Source: Candidatus Latescibacterota bacterium (GTDB lineage: Bacteria > Latescibacterota > UBA2968). Taken from it: a DNA stretch of 64,000 nucleotides. The DNA lies in contig OZ242320.1 of NCBI GenBank assembly GCA_965208125.1, forward strand, positions 2,496,001 to 2,560,000, given 5' to 3'. Within the stretch, counting starts at the first letter, position 1. Each line of letters starts with the position of its first letter. A model generated the notes under the pieces. The model had not been told where the DNA came from. It made no database searches and saw nothing but the letters and a program-made list of their open reading frames with translations. A program made the position numbers and the translations under genes. Positions 55,231-64,000 of the stretch are shown one piece after another.

Positions 55231-57189
55231 TTACCATCCGTGTACGAAATGTCGGTTCAATGGAAACCAGATCGCATCCACTATTGTCGAAGCTCCCACC
55301 CCCACCAGATATCCCACCACAATACCGTACCAAAATGGCAGCGATCGCCGATAGAGACTCACCCCGCCAAAGCGCAATGTCAATGACTTGGCCAGCCATA
55401 CGATGAATATCCCAAATCCGTAGCGAAATCGGCTGTCTGGAAAAGCCAGACCGAACGGGTGAATCGGCCAGGCCGCGTACCGCATGCCCAAAAGCGTCAA
55501 TAAGCCCGCCTCGGCAATACCCAAGAACCATACTATGGTTTTGTCCAGATCGAAATACGCTGGCTGTGTTCCTTCAATCAGCGACACTTGCCTGACCATG
55601 TGTCGCCAGTCGGGCATATAGGCATGATTCAATCCGCCTTCCATGTAACACAGATAAAGCTGTGCGGCACAGGCCACTGCAAATGCCCCCAGGAGGGCAA
55701 CGGGCAACACACCTGCGATGGTCCATGAGCGCTGCAGCCCATTACCCAAGAGCTTAAAAAAATGGGGAATTGCTGGCACAGATAGCATGCGGGCTGGCGC
55801 TCCGGCAAGGGCGTTTCGGCTTACCACTATCAAACCCGTCAAATCCCGGCTCGAAATATTTAATGTCCCGTAGAGCGCTTTCATAATCTGCCACCCTTTT
55901 TCTCCCTGAGGCGCGAGGAATACGTAGCCCGTGGCTGCCGCAAATTTGGTTACGCCGAGGTAGATGACGAATAGAAGGCCCATCTGCACCATTGCCGAGG
56001 GCAGACTGATGCCCATTGAGAGCAAAAAACCTGTGAAAAAGACTGTGGCACTTAAAAGCCCCAGCCAGGCCGTGCGATAGGACACGGGTACCCCATCGTC
56101 TTGGGAGCGCAGGTCTCCAAAAGCCTTGTGTAGCGTCTCCTTCAGGTGATCTCGGGCGACCCATACCGACCAGATAACCAGAAAAACCAGTGCGCCGTGT
56201 GCCTCCAGCATCAAAATTTCTTCGGGCGTAGCTGTCTGGCCCTGCAACCCGATGGTAAAGCCCGTGCGGTTCATCACTGTCATCTTAAATGCATTGACGA
56301 GGAAAAAAAACCAGAAACTCATCAAAATATTCAGCGGGCACAAATAGGCCAGACCCATCATCAGCGGGTGAATGCGCAAATAGATCGTGGGAATATACTG
56401 TCCCGTATCTACCGCTGTGGTCAGCCAGTGGTCGTAGATCGTGATGCGGGGCAATGTCAGGACAAAATAGCCGGTGATATTCCAGAAAATCACGCCGGCT
56501 GTACACGCAAATCCGGCCCAGAAAACCCAGTCTTTGAACACGTCGGGAACCCGGCTTCCCTCGGATTCTTCCAAAAGTGCCAGGGGTACTGTAGCCAGGG
56601 GAAAGGACAGGCGCTCGTGCAGGAGCCACTGTTTGTAGAATAGCACGCTGGCAAAAAATCCGGCCAGTACCAGAGATAGACTCCCCACAAACCACCAGAA
56701 CAGCGGAACGATCCAGTGTGCCCAGGGAATCTCGTCTCTGTGTTCCAATCCCACGTATAGTCGCTCTACCACCTCGCTTCCTCGATCCATAAATAACCAC
56801 CGGGGCAGGTACTGACCCGCTACTTCCCAGAATCGGTTTTCGGGTGAAGAAAACGCCGCTGGCGCCGAAATATCTGTGATTAAATACCCCACCCATCCGA
56901 TTGCGGGCACAGTGGCTACCATCCACACAATCCCAAAAATGGTCACTACTTCGCTGCGCGATAGGGCAAATCGGGGCGCTGTCAGTTTCAACACGGTGTT
57001 GATCCCGATCCACACCACGAGGGGCAGCAATGCGGTTACGGGCAAAAAACTCTTCATCAAATTTCGCCCGTAATAAGTCGCAAAAAGACACACCCCTGCA
57101 ATTGTGATCATGGCCAGAACAAAAGCTCTGAGCGTCACGCCCTGGGGTTCTGCAACGGGTGCCTCAATTGTGCGTTGGGAAATCGCCAC
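55231..57189 (-). CDS. DUF6785/DUF6784 membrane protein (putative transporter)
   Basis: KQWLLHERLSFPL, WPIHPFG and RFGGVSLYRR motifs; C-terminus HFVHGW. Confidence 0.8.
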   Translation of the reverse strand: MAISQRTIEAPVAEPQGVTLRAFVLAMITIAGVCLFATYYGRNLMKSFLPVTALLPLVVWIGINTVLKLTAPRFALSRSEVVTIFGIVWMVATVPAIGWVGYLITDISAPAAFSSPENRFWEVAGQYLPRWLFMDRGSEVVERLYVGLEHRDEIPWAHWIVPLFWWFVGSLSLVLAGFFASVLFYKQWLLHERLSFPLATVPLALLEESEGSRVPDVFKDWVFWAGFACTAGVIFWNITGYFVLTLPRITIYDHWLTTAVDTGQYIPTIYLRIHPLMMGLAYLCPLNILMSFWFFFLVNAFKMTVMNRTGFTIGLQGQTATPEEILMLEAHGALVFLVIWSVWVARDHLKETLHKAFGDLRSQDDGVPVSYRTAWLGLLSATVFFTGFLLSMGISLPSAMVQMGLLFVIYLGVTKFAAATGYVFLAPQGEKGWQIMKALYGTLNISSRDLTGLIVVSRNALAGAPARMLSVPAIPHFFKLLGNGLQRSWTIAGVLPVALLGAFAVACAAQLYLCYMEGGLNHAYMPDWRHMVRQVSLIEGTQPAYFDLDKTIVWFLGIAEAGLLTLLGMRYAAWPIHPFGLAFPDSRFRYGFGIFIVWLAKSLTLRFGGVSLYRRSLPFWYGIVVGYLVGVGASTIVDAIWFPLNRHFVHGW

Positions 57190-57197
57190 GACAAATC

Positions 57198-58580
57198 CTA
57201 CCAGTCTCCGCGCTGATATTTGTCCCAGGTTTCAAAGAGTGTCTGTTCCAATGTTTGAAGTTTCTCGGCTGTGCCGGGGTGTGGGGTGTGTGTATAGACA
57301 GCCCGGTTGATGTCGGTTACTGCCTGGATCAGATTTTCGCGCGGGTTGCCCTGCAGGTCGTAATAGCCATTCTGGTTGTTCTTTGCGAGTGTGTCACCGC
57401 CCTGATCATACATACAGGCGCAATATGTGACGCCCAGAACCTGCGGGTCTTTGTAATGTCTCATCAGGCTTGCGCGGTATATTTCACCGCGTGCGTCGTG
57501 AGATGATACACCAGCGTGACGCTTGCCCTTTTCGCCGGGATAGTGGAATCCGAAATAGTCATCTGACATGAGGATGGGCAATTCTGCGGTATCGGCCAAT
57601 TTGTTGACTGAAATTGTGCGGTTAACATGTTGGGGTGCGATCATGTCGATGTAGGGTGCCGCTGCTTTCCACGAGTCTCCGGTTAAAGCCCATTCTTTGA
57701 TAAAAGAGCCAAAGATGAGGTGCTTGCTGTCCCACCGCCGAATGGCGGTATGGGCGATCTTGTAGAGTGTGACACACATGCAGGAGAGGATGGCTTCGAA
57801 GTCATCCAGTTGCCGTGGGTCCAGTGTTTTTTGTATTGCCGGATAATTGCGGTTCTCGAAGGCCTGATCGTAGGCGAGTATTTCCGTTTGTTTCAGGTCG
57901 GTAATCTGGCTCAAAGAAATGCCGTATATCCGGTTGAATTTTTGAACGTCGTTGTCATATCGTTGCGCGAGCAGGTCGATGATGGCATTTCGCCCGGGGC
58001 TGTCTGGCGGTAGGGACAGATGGTGATTCACCCAGTGTTCTGAATGGTTAAATGCGCCGAAGCCGTAATAATAGCCCATTACGAGCGGGTCATCTGCAGC
58101 GGCTGGACAAGCCGCTTCGGCTCTGGATTCGATCAGTTGTTCAAACGCGGGATCAAAAATATCCGGGAGTGTTTCTCCTTCGACAAATTCCCAGGGGTGT
58201 TTCAGCAAGATTACGCCTACTGCAAAGGGGAAATGCTCCTCTCGAAATATTGCTTCTGATTCTTCTATATCGACAAATCCGTTCAGGTTGCGTTCCGGGC
58301 TTGTGGCACCGCCCAGGGCGCAGTTAAAGCCCATTGCACGGGCATTGGCAAGCGAGCCGCGCACCCATGCTTCCCGGTCGCCTCCGTAGATATTTTCGCA
58401 GGCTACATCGCTTTCTCCTGACAACAGATGGCTGAGTGCCACGGGAAAAAAGACGTTGCCCTGCGGCGTTATAAACCAGTTTCGCCCATCGATTTTTTCC
58501 AGATGAAAAAAACCGGTCTTTTCGCCTTGAATACCCGTCCAACCACCGTATTCATCCAGTTCGTTGTTCATTGCGTTCAT
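57198..58580 (-). CDS. GH50/beta-agarase-like glycoside hydrolase (start 58580 or 58571)
   Basis: DEYGGW...TGFFHLEKIDGRNWFITPQGNVF, PDIFDP.F, DDPLVMGYY, IRRWD..HLIFG and N.NGYYD motifs. Confidence 0.6.
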   Translation of the reverse strand: MNAMNNELDEYGGWTGIQGEKTGFFHLEKIDGRNWFITPQGNVFFPVALSHLLSGESDVACENIYGGDREAWVRGSLANARAMGFNCALGGATSPERNLNGFVDIEESEAIFREEHFPFAVGVILLKHPWEFVEGETLPDIFDPAFEQLIESRAEAACPAAADDPLVMGYYYGFGAFNHSEHWVNHHLSLPPDSPGRNAIIDLLAQRYDNDVQKFNRIYGISLSQITDLKQTEILAYDQAFENRNYPAIQKTLDPRQLDDFEAILSCMCVTLYKIAHTAIRRWDSKHLIFGSFIKEWALTGDSWKAAAPYIDMIAPQHVNRTISVNKLADTAELPILMSDDYFGFHYPGEKGKRHAGVSSHDARGEIYRASLMRHYKDPQVLGVTYCACMYDQGGDTLAKNNQNGYYDLQGNPRENLIQAVTDINRAVYTHTPHPGTAEKLQTLEQTLFETWDKYQRGDW

Positions 58581-58610
58581 TCCTATGCGTTTCCCCCGTG
58601 CATTTTTCAG

Positions 58611-58654
58611 AAAAAAATAGGCGCCGACGGATGAGGGTACTCCGTCAGGCGCCT
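58611..58654 (-). terminator. Intrinsic terminator after the PorV-like gene
   Basis: Minus strand aggcgcc(t)gacgga-loop-tccgtcggcgcct followed by ATTTTTTT. Confidence 0.75.
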
Positions 58655-58680
58655 GTTGTACGACGGATGCAAACGCGGTC

Positions 58681-59754
58681 TTACTGTCCGAATTCAAATC
58701 CGACCGTCACGACATGTACTGAACCCAGACGGCCAAATTCGATATAGGCATAATCCACGCTGATCCCGTATTGATCGCGCTTCAGATTGAGGCCCCCGCC
58801 AGCGGTCAGGCCCTCTTCGTCGTAATTGAAGCGGTACCCACCGCGGAGATAGGCCAGGTTTCGCAATCCGTATTCGGCGGCTATGTGCATTTTTTCGTCG
58901 CCGTCATTGGGATGCGTAAACTCGGTTGCCACTGTGAGGAGATGGGGTTGGTCCTCTGACTGTTCGACCAGATCAAAAGCCGCACCGAGTTTGAATACCA
59001 TGGGCATTCGCACTTGCGATGGCGGTATTTGAATCTGTTCGTCGTATTTGGTGAACTCGGTATCGGGACCGAAATTTTGACCGAGCATGGCTATCCGCAG
59101 GCTTTTGATGCCGGTGTGATAGTACGTGCCGATATCAATGGCCCAGTTGCCGGTGGTGGCATCGTCCAGGGTTTCCTGGAAGTACTTCACGGTGCCGCCC
59201 ACCTGCAAGCGGTCTGTGATGCGCCGACCATAATTGATGCCCACGGCGAGATCACCGCCGGAAAACGTGCCCAAGCCGTCTATAACGGGCTGGGTGCGAC
59301 CCAGGGTTTCGCCATCGGGACCAAATAGTTCCTGGTTTTCCGTGCGTACCATATCCCCGTAATCGAGGGTGCTGATGCTGAGGCCGAAAACACCCCACTG
59401 GTCAAAATTTTTGACTACAGCACCGGAATAATAGGTGATGTCGGCAATCCAGTTCATGCTGCTGCCCGAAAGGCTGAGATTTGATACGTCTGAGATTGTA
59501 GCTGGATTGGTCAATGCGGCGTTGGCATCTGCCTTACTCAATACCGTTGCAATACCTCCCAGACTCGCCATGCGCGCCGAGGAGGGCAATTTGGCAAATT
59601 GCCAGCCCGACCGTCCCACGCGGCTATAGGGCAGGGCCTCAATGCCCGGTCCCACTTCCGCTTCGAACCGCCGCTGTGCGAACCCTTCACTTGCAAATCC
59701 CAGCACGAGCAAAAGGATTGGGATGATTGTCCATTTAAATGTACAACGTTTCAT
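58681..59754 (-). CDS. PorV/PorQ-family (UPF0164) outer-membrane beta-barrel
   Basis: Signal peptide; QF.KLP.SAR.ASLG, NPA, LRGGY, GL.AG.G and DYAY motifs. Confidence 0.85.
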   Translation of the reverse strand: MKRCTFKWTIIPILLLVLGFASEGFAQRRFEAEVGPGIEALPYSRVGRSGWQFAKLPSSARMASLGGIATVLSKADANAALTNPATISDVSNLSLSGSSMNWIADITYYSGAVVKNFDQWGVFGLSISTLDYGDMVRTENQELFGPDGETLGRTQPVIDGLGTFSGGDLAVGINYGRRITDRLQVGGTVKYFQETLDDATTGNWAIDIGTYYHTGIKSLRIAMLGQNFGPDTEFTKYDEQIQIPPSQVRMPMVFKLGAAFDLVEQSEDQPHLLTVATEFTHPNDGDEKMHIAAEYGLRNLAYLRGGYRFNYDEEGLTAGGGLNLKRDQYGISVDYAYIEFGRLGSVHVVTVGFEFGQ

Positions 59755-59766
59755 TATAGCCTCCGC

Positions 59767-61851
59767 TTATCGAATGATCATGAATTTCCCAACGTGAGAC
59801 TGGCCTTCTTGTCCCGCGACATGAGAGGTTACGTGATAGATGTAAAGTCCCGCGGCCGGGCTTTCGGAAAAGTCCGTTTGCAAATAATTGCCAGCGGCCT
59901 GGCTGCCCCAGGTGGTTTCGCCAAAACCGTCGTGTTCAATAATTTTTATCAGATCGCCCGCAAGCGTGTAAATCCGGATGGTGCATTTGGCCGGGATATT
60001 CACAAAAGCCAAACGGTTATTCTGCGCCGGATCCAATAATCCGCTGCGCTGCCGGAAGGGATTGGGCACGACGCGGATCTGGGTCATATCATCTGATGGT
60101 GCCTTGGGGGCTTCCGCAGCGAAAAACGTATAGGCCGTTATACCGCTTTCCAGGCCGTGCCTATCGTAGGAGGTCACAGCAAAGCGGAAAGGGATACCGG
60201 GATCGGTCTCGATTTGAAAAACGATCTTATCGCCCTGCTTATAAGCTGCAGCTTCTGAAGCGGAAATATCCTCAAGCAGTTCCCAGGGACCGGTGATGTG
60301 AATTTCTGATCGGTAAACCCGATATCCGGCAAGGTCATTTTCACCTGTACCCGGGTCCTGGTAATTGTCCGGCACGGCCTGCCAGGTCAAGGTGAAACCC
60401 TGTGTCCCGGTACTGGCGTCGGCAAATGGCTCAGCCTCCAGCTTGGGGTATCCGTCTTCAACAAATGGCTGGGTTCCCACAAGAGGGGGTGGGTACTGAT
60501 CGGCGGGCAACTTGTAGTTATTGGCGATCAGTTCCAGAGCCGAATCCCAGTTTTGCTTTAACGCAGAAATACCTTCTGCCTGGTATCGCTGTGCAGCTTC
60601 CAATCCACCGCGTTGCGACACATTGCGGTCCATCTCGCCAAAGCAATAGAGGATAATCAGTTCAATTTCATCGCCGGGCTGAAAAGTGTAGGGACCAATG
60701 TAGGAATACAGCATGGGAGATCGCTCGAAGAGATTGCCATCTACCGATCCGTCTTTGGGACGGGATGGGTCGTTCCAGAGGTCAATCCAGCTTGCGCGTT
60801 CTTGATCGTGTGAAAAGGCTATCAAATCCTGTTCCCAGCTTTGCCCGGCCCACAGACGCCCGGATTCGCGCGTTGGTACGCGATCGTCGCTCATCCTTCC
60901 TGCGAAGTTGCCCGTCCGCGTGCCAGACTCGGCCGCGGCCAGGATATTGTAATGGGGTTCTTCAGGCTGACCGTTGAAAGTCAGATTTAGAATGCCCCAC
61001 GCCCGGGCTTCTGGTTCGTAAAGCCTGCGATCCAGGGATCCTGCCTCGGTGATATTGCCGGGGTCGCCAGCATCACCTGTCACGTCTCCCGGTGGCTCGA
61101 ATATGCTAAACGAAATGGGCGCGCTTTCCGTGGTCGGCCACTGCACATCGTCGTAAAAAATGAAAATTTCCCGTTCGGGATCCCAGTCGAATTGCATGTC
61201 GTTCTTGAACTTGAAGGCGTTGTTCACGAGCTGACCGTTGTTGTATTGCACCTGAGCGGGAAAACACATGTAGAAATCTTCAAAGGGTACGTCATCCACA
61301 TGTTTGATCTTGATCTTATGGATGACAAAATCATCGTACTTCGGCACGCTCCACACCATAGTCTTGGTGGTAATTAACATCGCCCCCATTGGCTGGCCCG
61401 CGCTGGATGGATCCATTTTGAAGGTCTGGAAAACCCCTTCAGCCCATTGCTCGGCCTCGTTGGTTCCGCCCGTCCCCGCAAAATTGTAATTGTAATTGTT
61501 GACCATCGTCTGCGCAGCACCGCCATACGAAGTAATACTGCGTTCTGTTAAATTAATCTTAACCCGTCGTCCCTGATTGTTGACCCAGATCCAGGGTGCA
61601 ATCATATCCATATGATCCGGTGCCTGGTAATAGCCGGGATATGAAACGACATTGGGAATCGCCGTTTCTGCGTAATTCGCTGCGGTACTCGTGCCCCACC
61701 ACAATCTCCCGGCGGTAAATTCAATTGGGTTGTTGCCCACGAGTTGGCTCTCGGGCACTGGCTCCGTAAGCACCTGGGCATTTACAACCTCCGGCAACAT
61801 CAGCATCAGGCATATCACCCAGAGTGGGAGGAGCCTGCGTATTGCATTCAT
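59767..61851 (-). CDS. Secreted protein with an FN3-like module and T9SS-type C-terminal domain
   Basis: Signal peptide; LAGYRVYRS..AVTSYD..GLES; IRVVPNPF...F.NIPAKCTIRIYTLAGDLIK...GLYIY...KFMIIR. Confidence 0.8.
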   Translation of the reverse strand: MNAIRRLLPLWVICLMLMLPEVVNAQVLTEPVPESQLVGNNPIEFTAGRLWWGTSTAANYAETAIPNVVSYPGYYQAPDHMDMIAPWIWVNNQGRRVKINLTERSITSYGGAAQTMVNNYNYNFAGTGGTNEAEQWAEGVFQTFKMDPSSAGQPMGAMLITTKTMVWSVPKYDDFVIHKIKIKHVDDVPFEDFYMCFPAQVQYNNGQLVNNAFKFKNDMQFDWDPEREIFIFYDDVQWPTTESAPISFSIFEPPGDVTGDAGDPGNITEAGSLDRRLYEPEARAWGILNLTFNGQPEEPHYNILAAAESGTRTGNFAGRMSDDRVPTRESGRLWAGQSWEQDLIAFSHDQERASWIDLWNDPSRPKDGSVDGNLFERSPMLYSYIGPYTFQPGDEIELIILYCFGEMDRNVSQRGGLEAAQRYQAEGISALKQNWDSALELIANNYKLPADQYPPPLVGTQPFVEDGYPKLEAEPFADASTGTQGFTLTWQAVPDNYQDPGTGENDLAGYRVYRSEIHITGPWELLEDISASEAAAYKQGDKIVFQIETDPGIPFRFAVTSYDRHGLESGITAYTFFAAEAPKAPSDDMTQIRVVPNPFRQRSGLLDPAQNNRLAFVNIPAKCTIRIYTLAGDLIKIIEHDGFGETTWGSQAAGNYLQTDFSESPAAGLYIYHVTSHVAGQEGQSHVGKFMIIR

Positions 61852-61888
61852 CTAAAACTCCTTTGTTGTTTGAGAAGGGAATTCGCAG

Positions 61889-61921
61889 GCCGGGTATCGT
61901 CCATTCATTGTGATACCCGGC
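61889..61921 (-). other. Intergenic stem-loop between the TBDR and the CTD gene
   Basis: gccgggtatc-N13-gatacccggc; no U-tract. Confidence 0.6.
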
Positions 61922-61929
61922 TATTTGTG

Positions 61930-64000
61930 CTAATACTCAATCGATAACGAGAAGAACAGTTCTCTCGGCTGCAAGTCCGGCCTGTAGATCAACCACTGGT
62001 CGGGTTCGACGTGTTCTGCCGGAGATCCATCCGCCTGCAGGTACGAGGCTTTTACCACGGGCAATTGTCCGTCATTCTCCATGTAATTGAACAGGTCCTG
62101 TCCGCCGAGTAGCCGCAATTGCTTGCTGTTGAACAAATTGTGTATATCTACGGCAAATTCGCCTCTCATGCCTCCCAACAGTCCGAATCGCTTTGAGAGA
62201 CGCGCATTTGTGCGGTGATAGGGTCTCCACGACTGGTTCAGCGGCTCGGTGCTGGTGTCTCCTGGAGAATGGTAAGTGAACCGCTCTGGCGAAGCGTAAG
62301 TGTAGTGCAAATTCAGGTACCAGTTGCTCAGGGGGTTGAAATTGCCCATCACGGGACCGAAGTTGTTGGGCGTGCTGAGCAATGCATTGATTTTGAATGT
62401 GTTGTGCGGGTTCCACAATTCGAGATTGTTTTCGCCAGAGCCGTGATAGCGATTCTGTCCGAGTTGCTTGATCGAACCATCGGGTTGTGGAATGGGAATG
62501 TAGAGGCTTGTGGGGCCATAAGCACCTGTGCTGGAATAGGACAGGTCGTACTTGAGCTGGAACTGTGCATTGGGCCAGCGTTTGGTGCTCAATTCCAATT
62601 CCAGGCCTCGCGCATCAAGGCGTCCACCTTGAATAGACCACGCGCCGCGGTTTGTGAAGTTAGCTTGAGGCGTCTGTTTTTGCGGGTTGACAGGATCCAT
62701 AAACAGGTTCACTTGAAGCCCCTGATTCGCGCCGTAAGCATTTTCTCGTCCCATCTGGTAGCCGCGCTTTGTCAGATCTTTGGCGTCCTTGTAATACATG
62801 GTCACATCCAGGCCGAGTGCGCCGGCAATATCCTGGTCAAAGCCCACTTCGTATTGAATCATTTTCTCGTATCCAATCTCCGGATTGCCCCCTTTGCCCC
62901 ACCAGTGGAGATAATTGTAGTCTTCCTCTGGATTGTGGTCATAAGTTGGGGGAAGCAGGTGCCCGGTGACAGGTGCGCCGCGGTTCCAGATCGTTTTGTT
63001 GCCAGCGATTTGTGTCCAGCCCGGGCGCTGGTTGAAATGCCCGTACATAAAGTGCAACACGGTGCTGGCTGTAATCGGATGTGCGATGCCCACGCGGGGT
63101 GACAGCGCGACCTGAAGCGGTGTCTTGACCGCATGGGGACCGTCCGGGTCAAAGGACAGAAGTCCGCCCGCGATATTGCCATCTGTGTCCCTCGCCAATG
63201 CGTAGGGATCCCACATGGTGTAATTCACCATCTTGTTGGCATTGAACATGTCCAGGCGCAAGCCCAGATTTACGATCATGCCCTCGGCTTCGATCTGGTC
63301 CTGTAAGTACGCGCTGAAATCCCACGGATAATAGTCTCGATGCGGCACTTTGTTAAATGGCGTGGAAGGAGGACCGAAGTTACCTGCATGCCATTCGTCT
63401 ATGTACTGAGGCTCGTAAGAAAAGCCCGCTTTGAACAAATTGTGTTCATTGACCTGGCTGGAGAAATCCAGCTTGACGGTGGTTTTCCAGTTGAAGGAAT
63501 GAAGCCTGGCTTGATCTACCGGCTGTTGCCTGCGGCTGATCACCGTGCTTATTGGGCTGGTGGGGAACCACTCGGGTGCTAATGGTGCGGTAGTTCGGTT
63601 TTCCCAGTCTTCAAAGGTATAGTGATAGAGACCTTCGTAGTGCATATCATACCGAACCTGATGGTACTGAACGCGGAATTCCAGGAATGTCCTGGGGCTG
63701 AAAATGTGCGTCAGTCTGGACATCGCCGTGTTGGTGCGAATGTACTGCGGAGGACGCGGAAATCTATTGTTTCCATGCAATACATTGGCAGAATTTGCAG
63801 ACCACTTCTGTTGATCGTAGGGCGTTTTGATTTCCCCTGTTTTGTGGTTGCCCGTCGCGTGTCCAATGTCGTCTGATGAGAGGTACGACATTTTTGGATA
63901 TCCGCTATTATCCGTTCCCTGATGCGTATAGGACAATGTGAGTCTGGTTTTGTCTGCTATTTGGTAATTGAGCTTGGAAATGAAGTTCCATTCGGGGCTG
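61930..64000 (-). CDS. TonB-dependent receptor, C-terminal barrel (5' end outside window)
   Basis: SAYLQDQIE..G..VNLGLRLD, SPRVGIAHPIT, YGHF.Q.P, GNP, QYEVGF, YYKD and NLFN motifs; ends in aromatic FSLSIEY. Confidence 0.9.
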   Translation of the reverse strand, partial: SPEWNFISKLNYQIADKTRLTLSYTHQGTDNSGYPKMSYLSSDDIGHATGNHKTGEIKTPYDQQKWSANSANVLHGNNRFPRPPQYIRTNTAMSRLTHIFSPRTFLEFRVQYHQVRYDMHYEGLYHYTFEDWENRTTAPLAPEWFPTSPISTVISRRQQPVDQARLHSFNWKTTVKLDFSSQVNEHNLFKAGFSYEPQYIDEWHAGNFGPPSTPFNKVPHRDYYPWDFSAYLQDQIEAEGMIVNLGLRLDMFNANKMVNYTMWDPYALARDTDGNIAGGLLSFDPDGPHAVKTPLQVALSPRVGIAHPITASTVLHFMYGHFNQRPGWTQIAGNKTIWNRGAPVTGHLLPPTYDHNPEEDYNYLHWWGKGGNPEIGYEKMIQYEVGFDQDIAGALGLDVTMYYKDAKDLTKRGYQMGRENAYGANQGLQVNLFMDPVNPQKQTPQANFTNRGAWSIQGGRLDARGLELELSTKRWPNAQFQLKYDLSYSSTGAYGPTSLYIPIPQPDGSIKQLGQNRYHGSGENNLELWNPHNTFKINALLSTPNNFGPVMGNFNPLSNWYLNLHYTYASPERFTYHSPGDTSTEPLNQSWRPYHRTNARLSKRFGLLGGMRGEFAVDIHNLFNSKQLRLLGGQDLFNYMENDGQLPVVKASYLQADGSPAEHVEPDQWLIYRPDLQPRELFFSLSIEY

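Overview
A 64 kb bacterial window with almost all genes on the minus strand. The gene content (PhyH expansion, DUF6785/6784 membrane proteins, PorV plus T9SS-type CTD, ankyrin repeats) suggests an FCB-superphylum organism such as Latescibacterota, possibly a sponge symbiont; this is inference only. It has three parts. (1) 1-14.8 kb: a glycan/sulfate catabolic cluster with a GH151-like fucosidase, a sulfatase, a heparinase II/III-like lyase, five PhyH domains, a DUF6785 transporter and an NAD-epimerase pair. (2) 14.8-53.2 kb: a visibly more AT-rich accessory region with eight divergent MacB/FtsX-type permeases and no ATPase, interleaved with about 20 co-oriented small modifying/detox genes. Three copies of a complete sigma54 promoter module (-24/-12, IHF-like site, two enhancer sites in a 43 bp core identical in all copies) point into this array. 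It also contains duplication scars, an ECF sigma-DUF1080 fusion and an IS5 element that splits a small membrane-protein gene. (3) 53.2-64 kb: a SusD-less PUL-like locus (TonB-dependent receptor, secreted CTD protein, PorV-like barrel, GH50-like hydrolase, two DUF6785 transporters). No rRNA, tRNA or CRISPR array was seen. All family calls come from motif recognition, not database searches.
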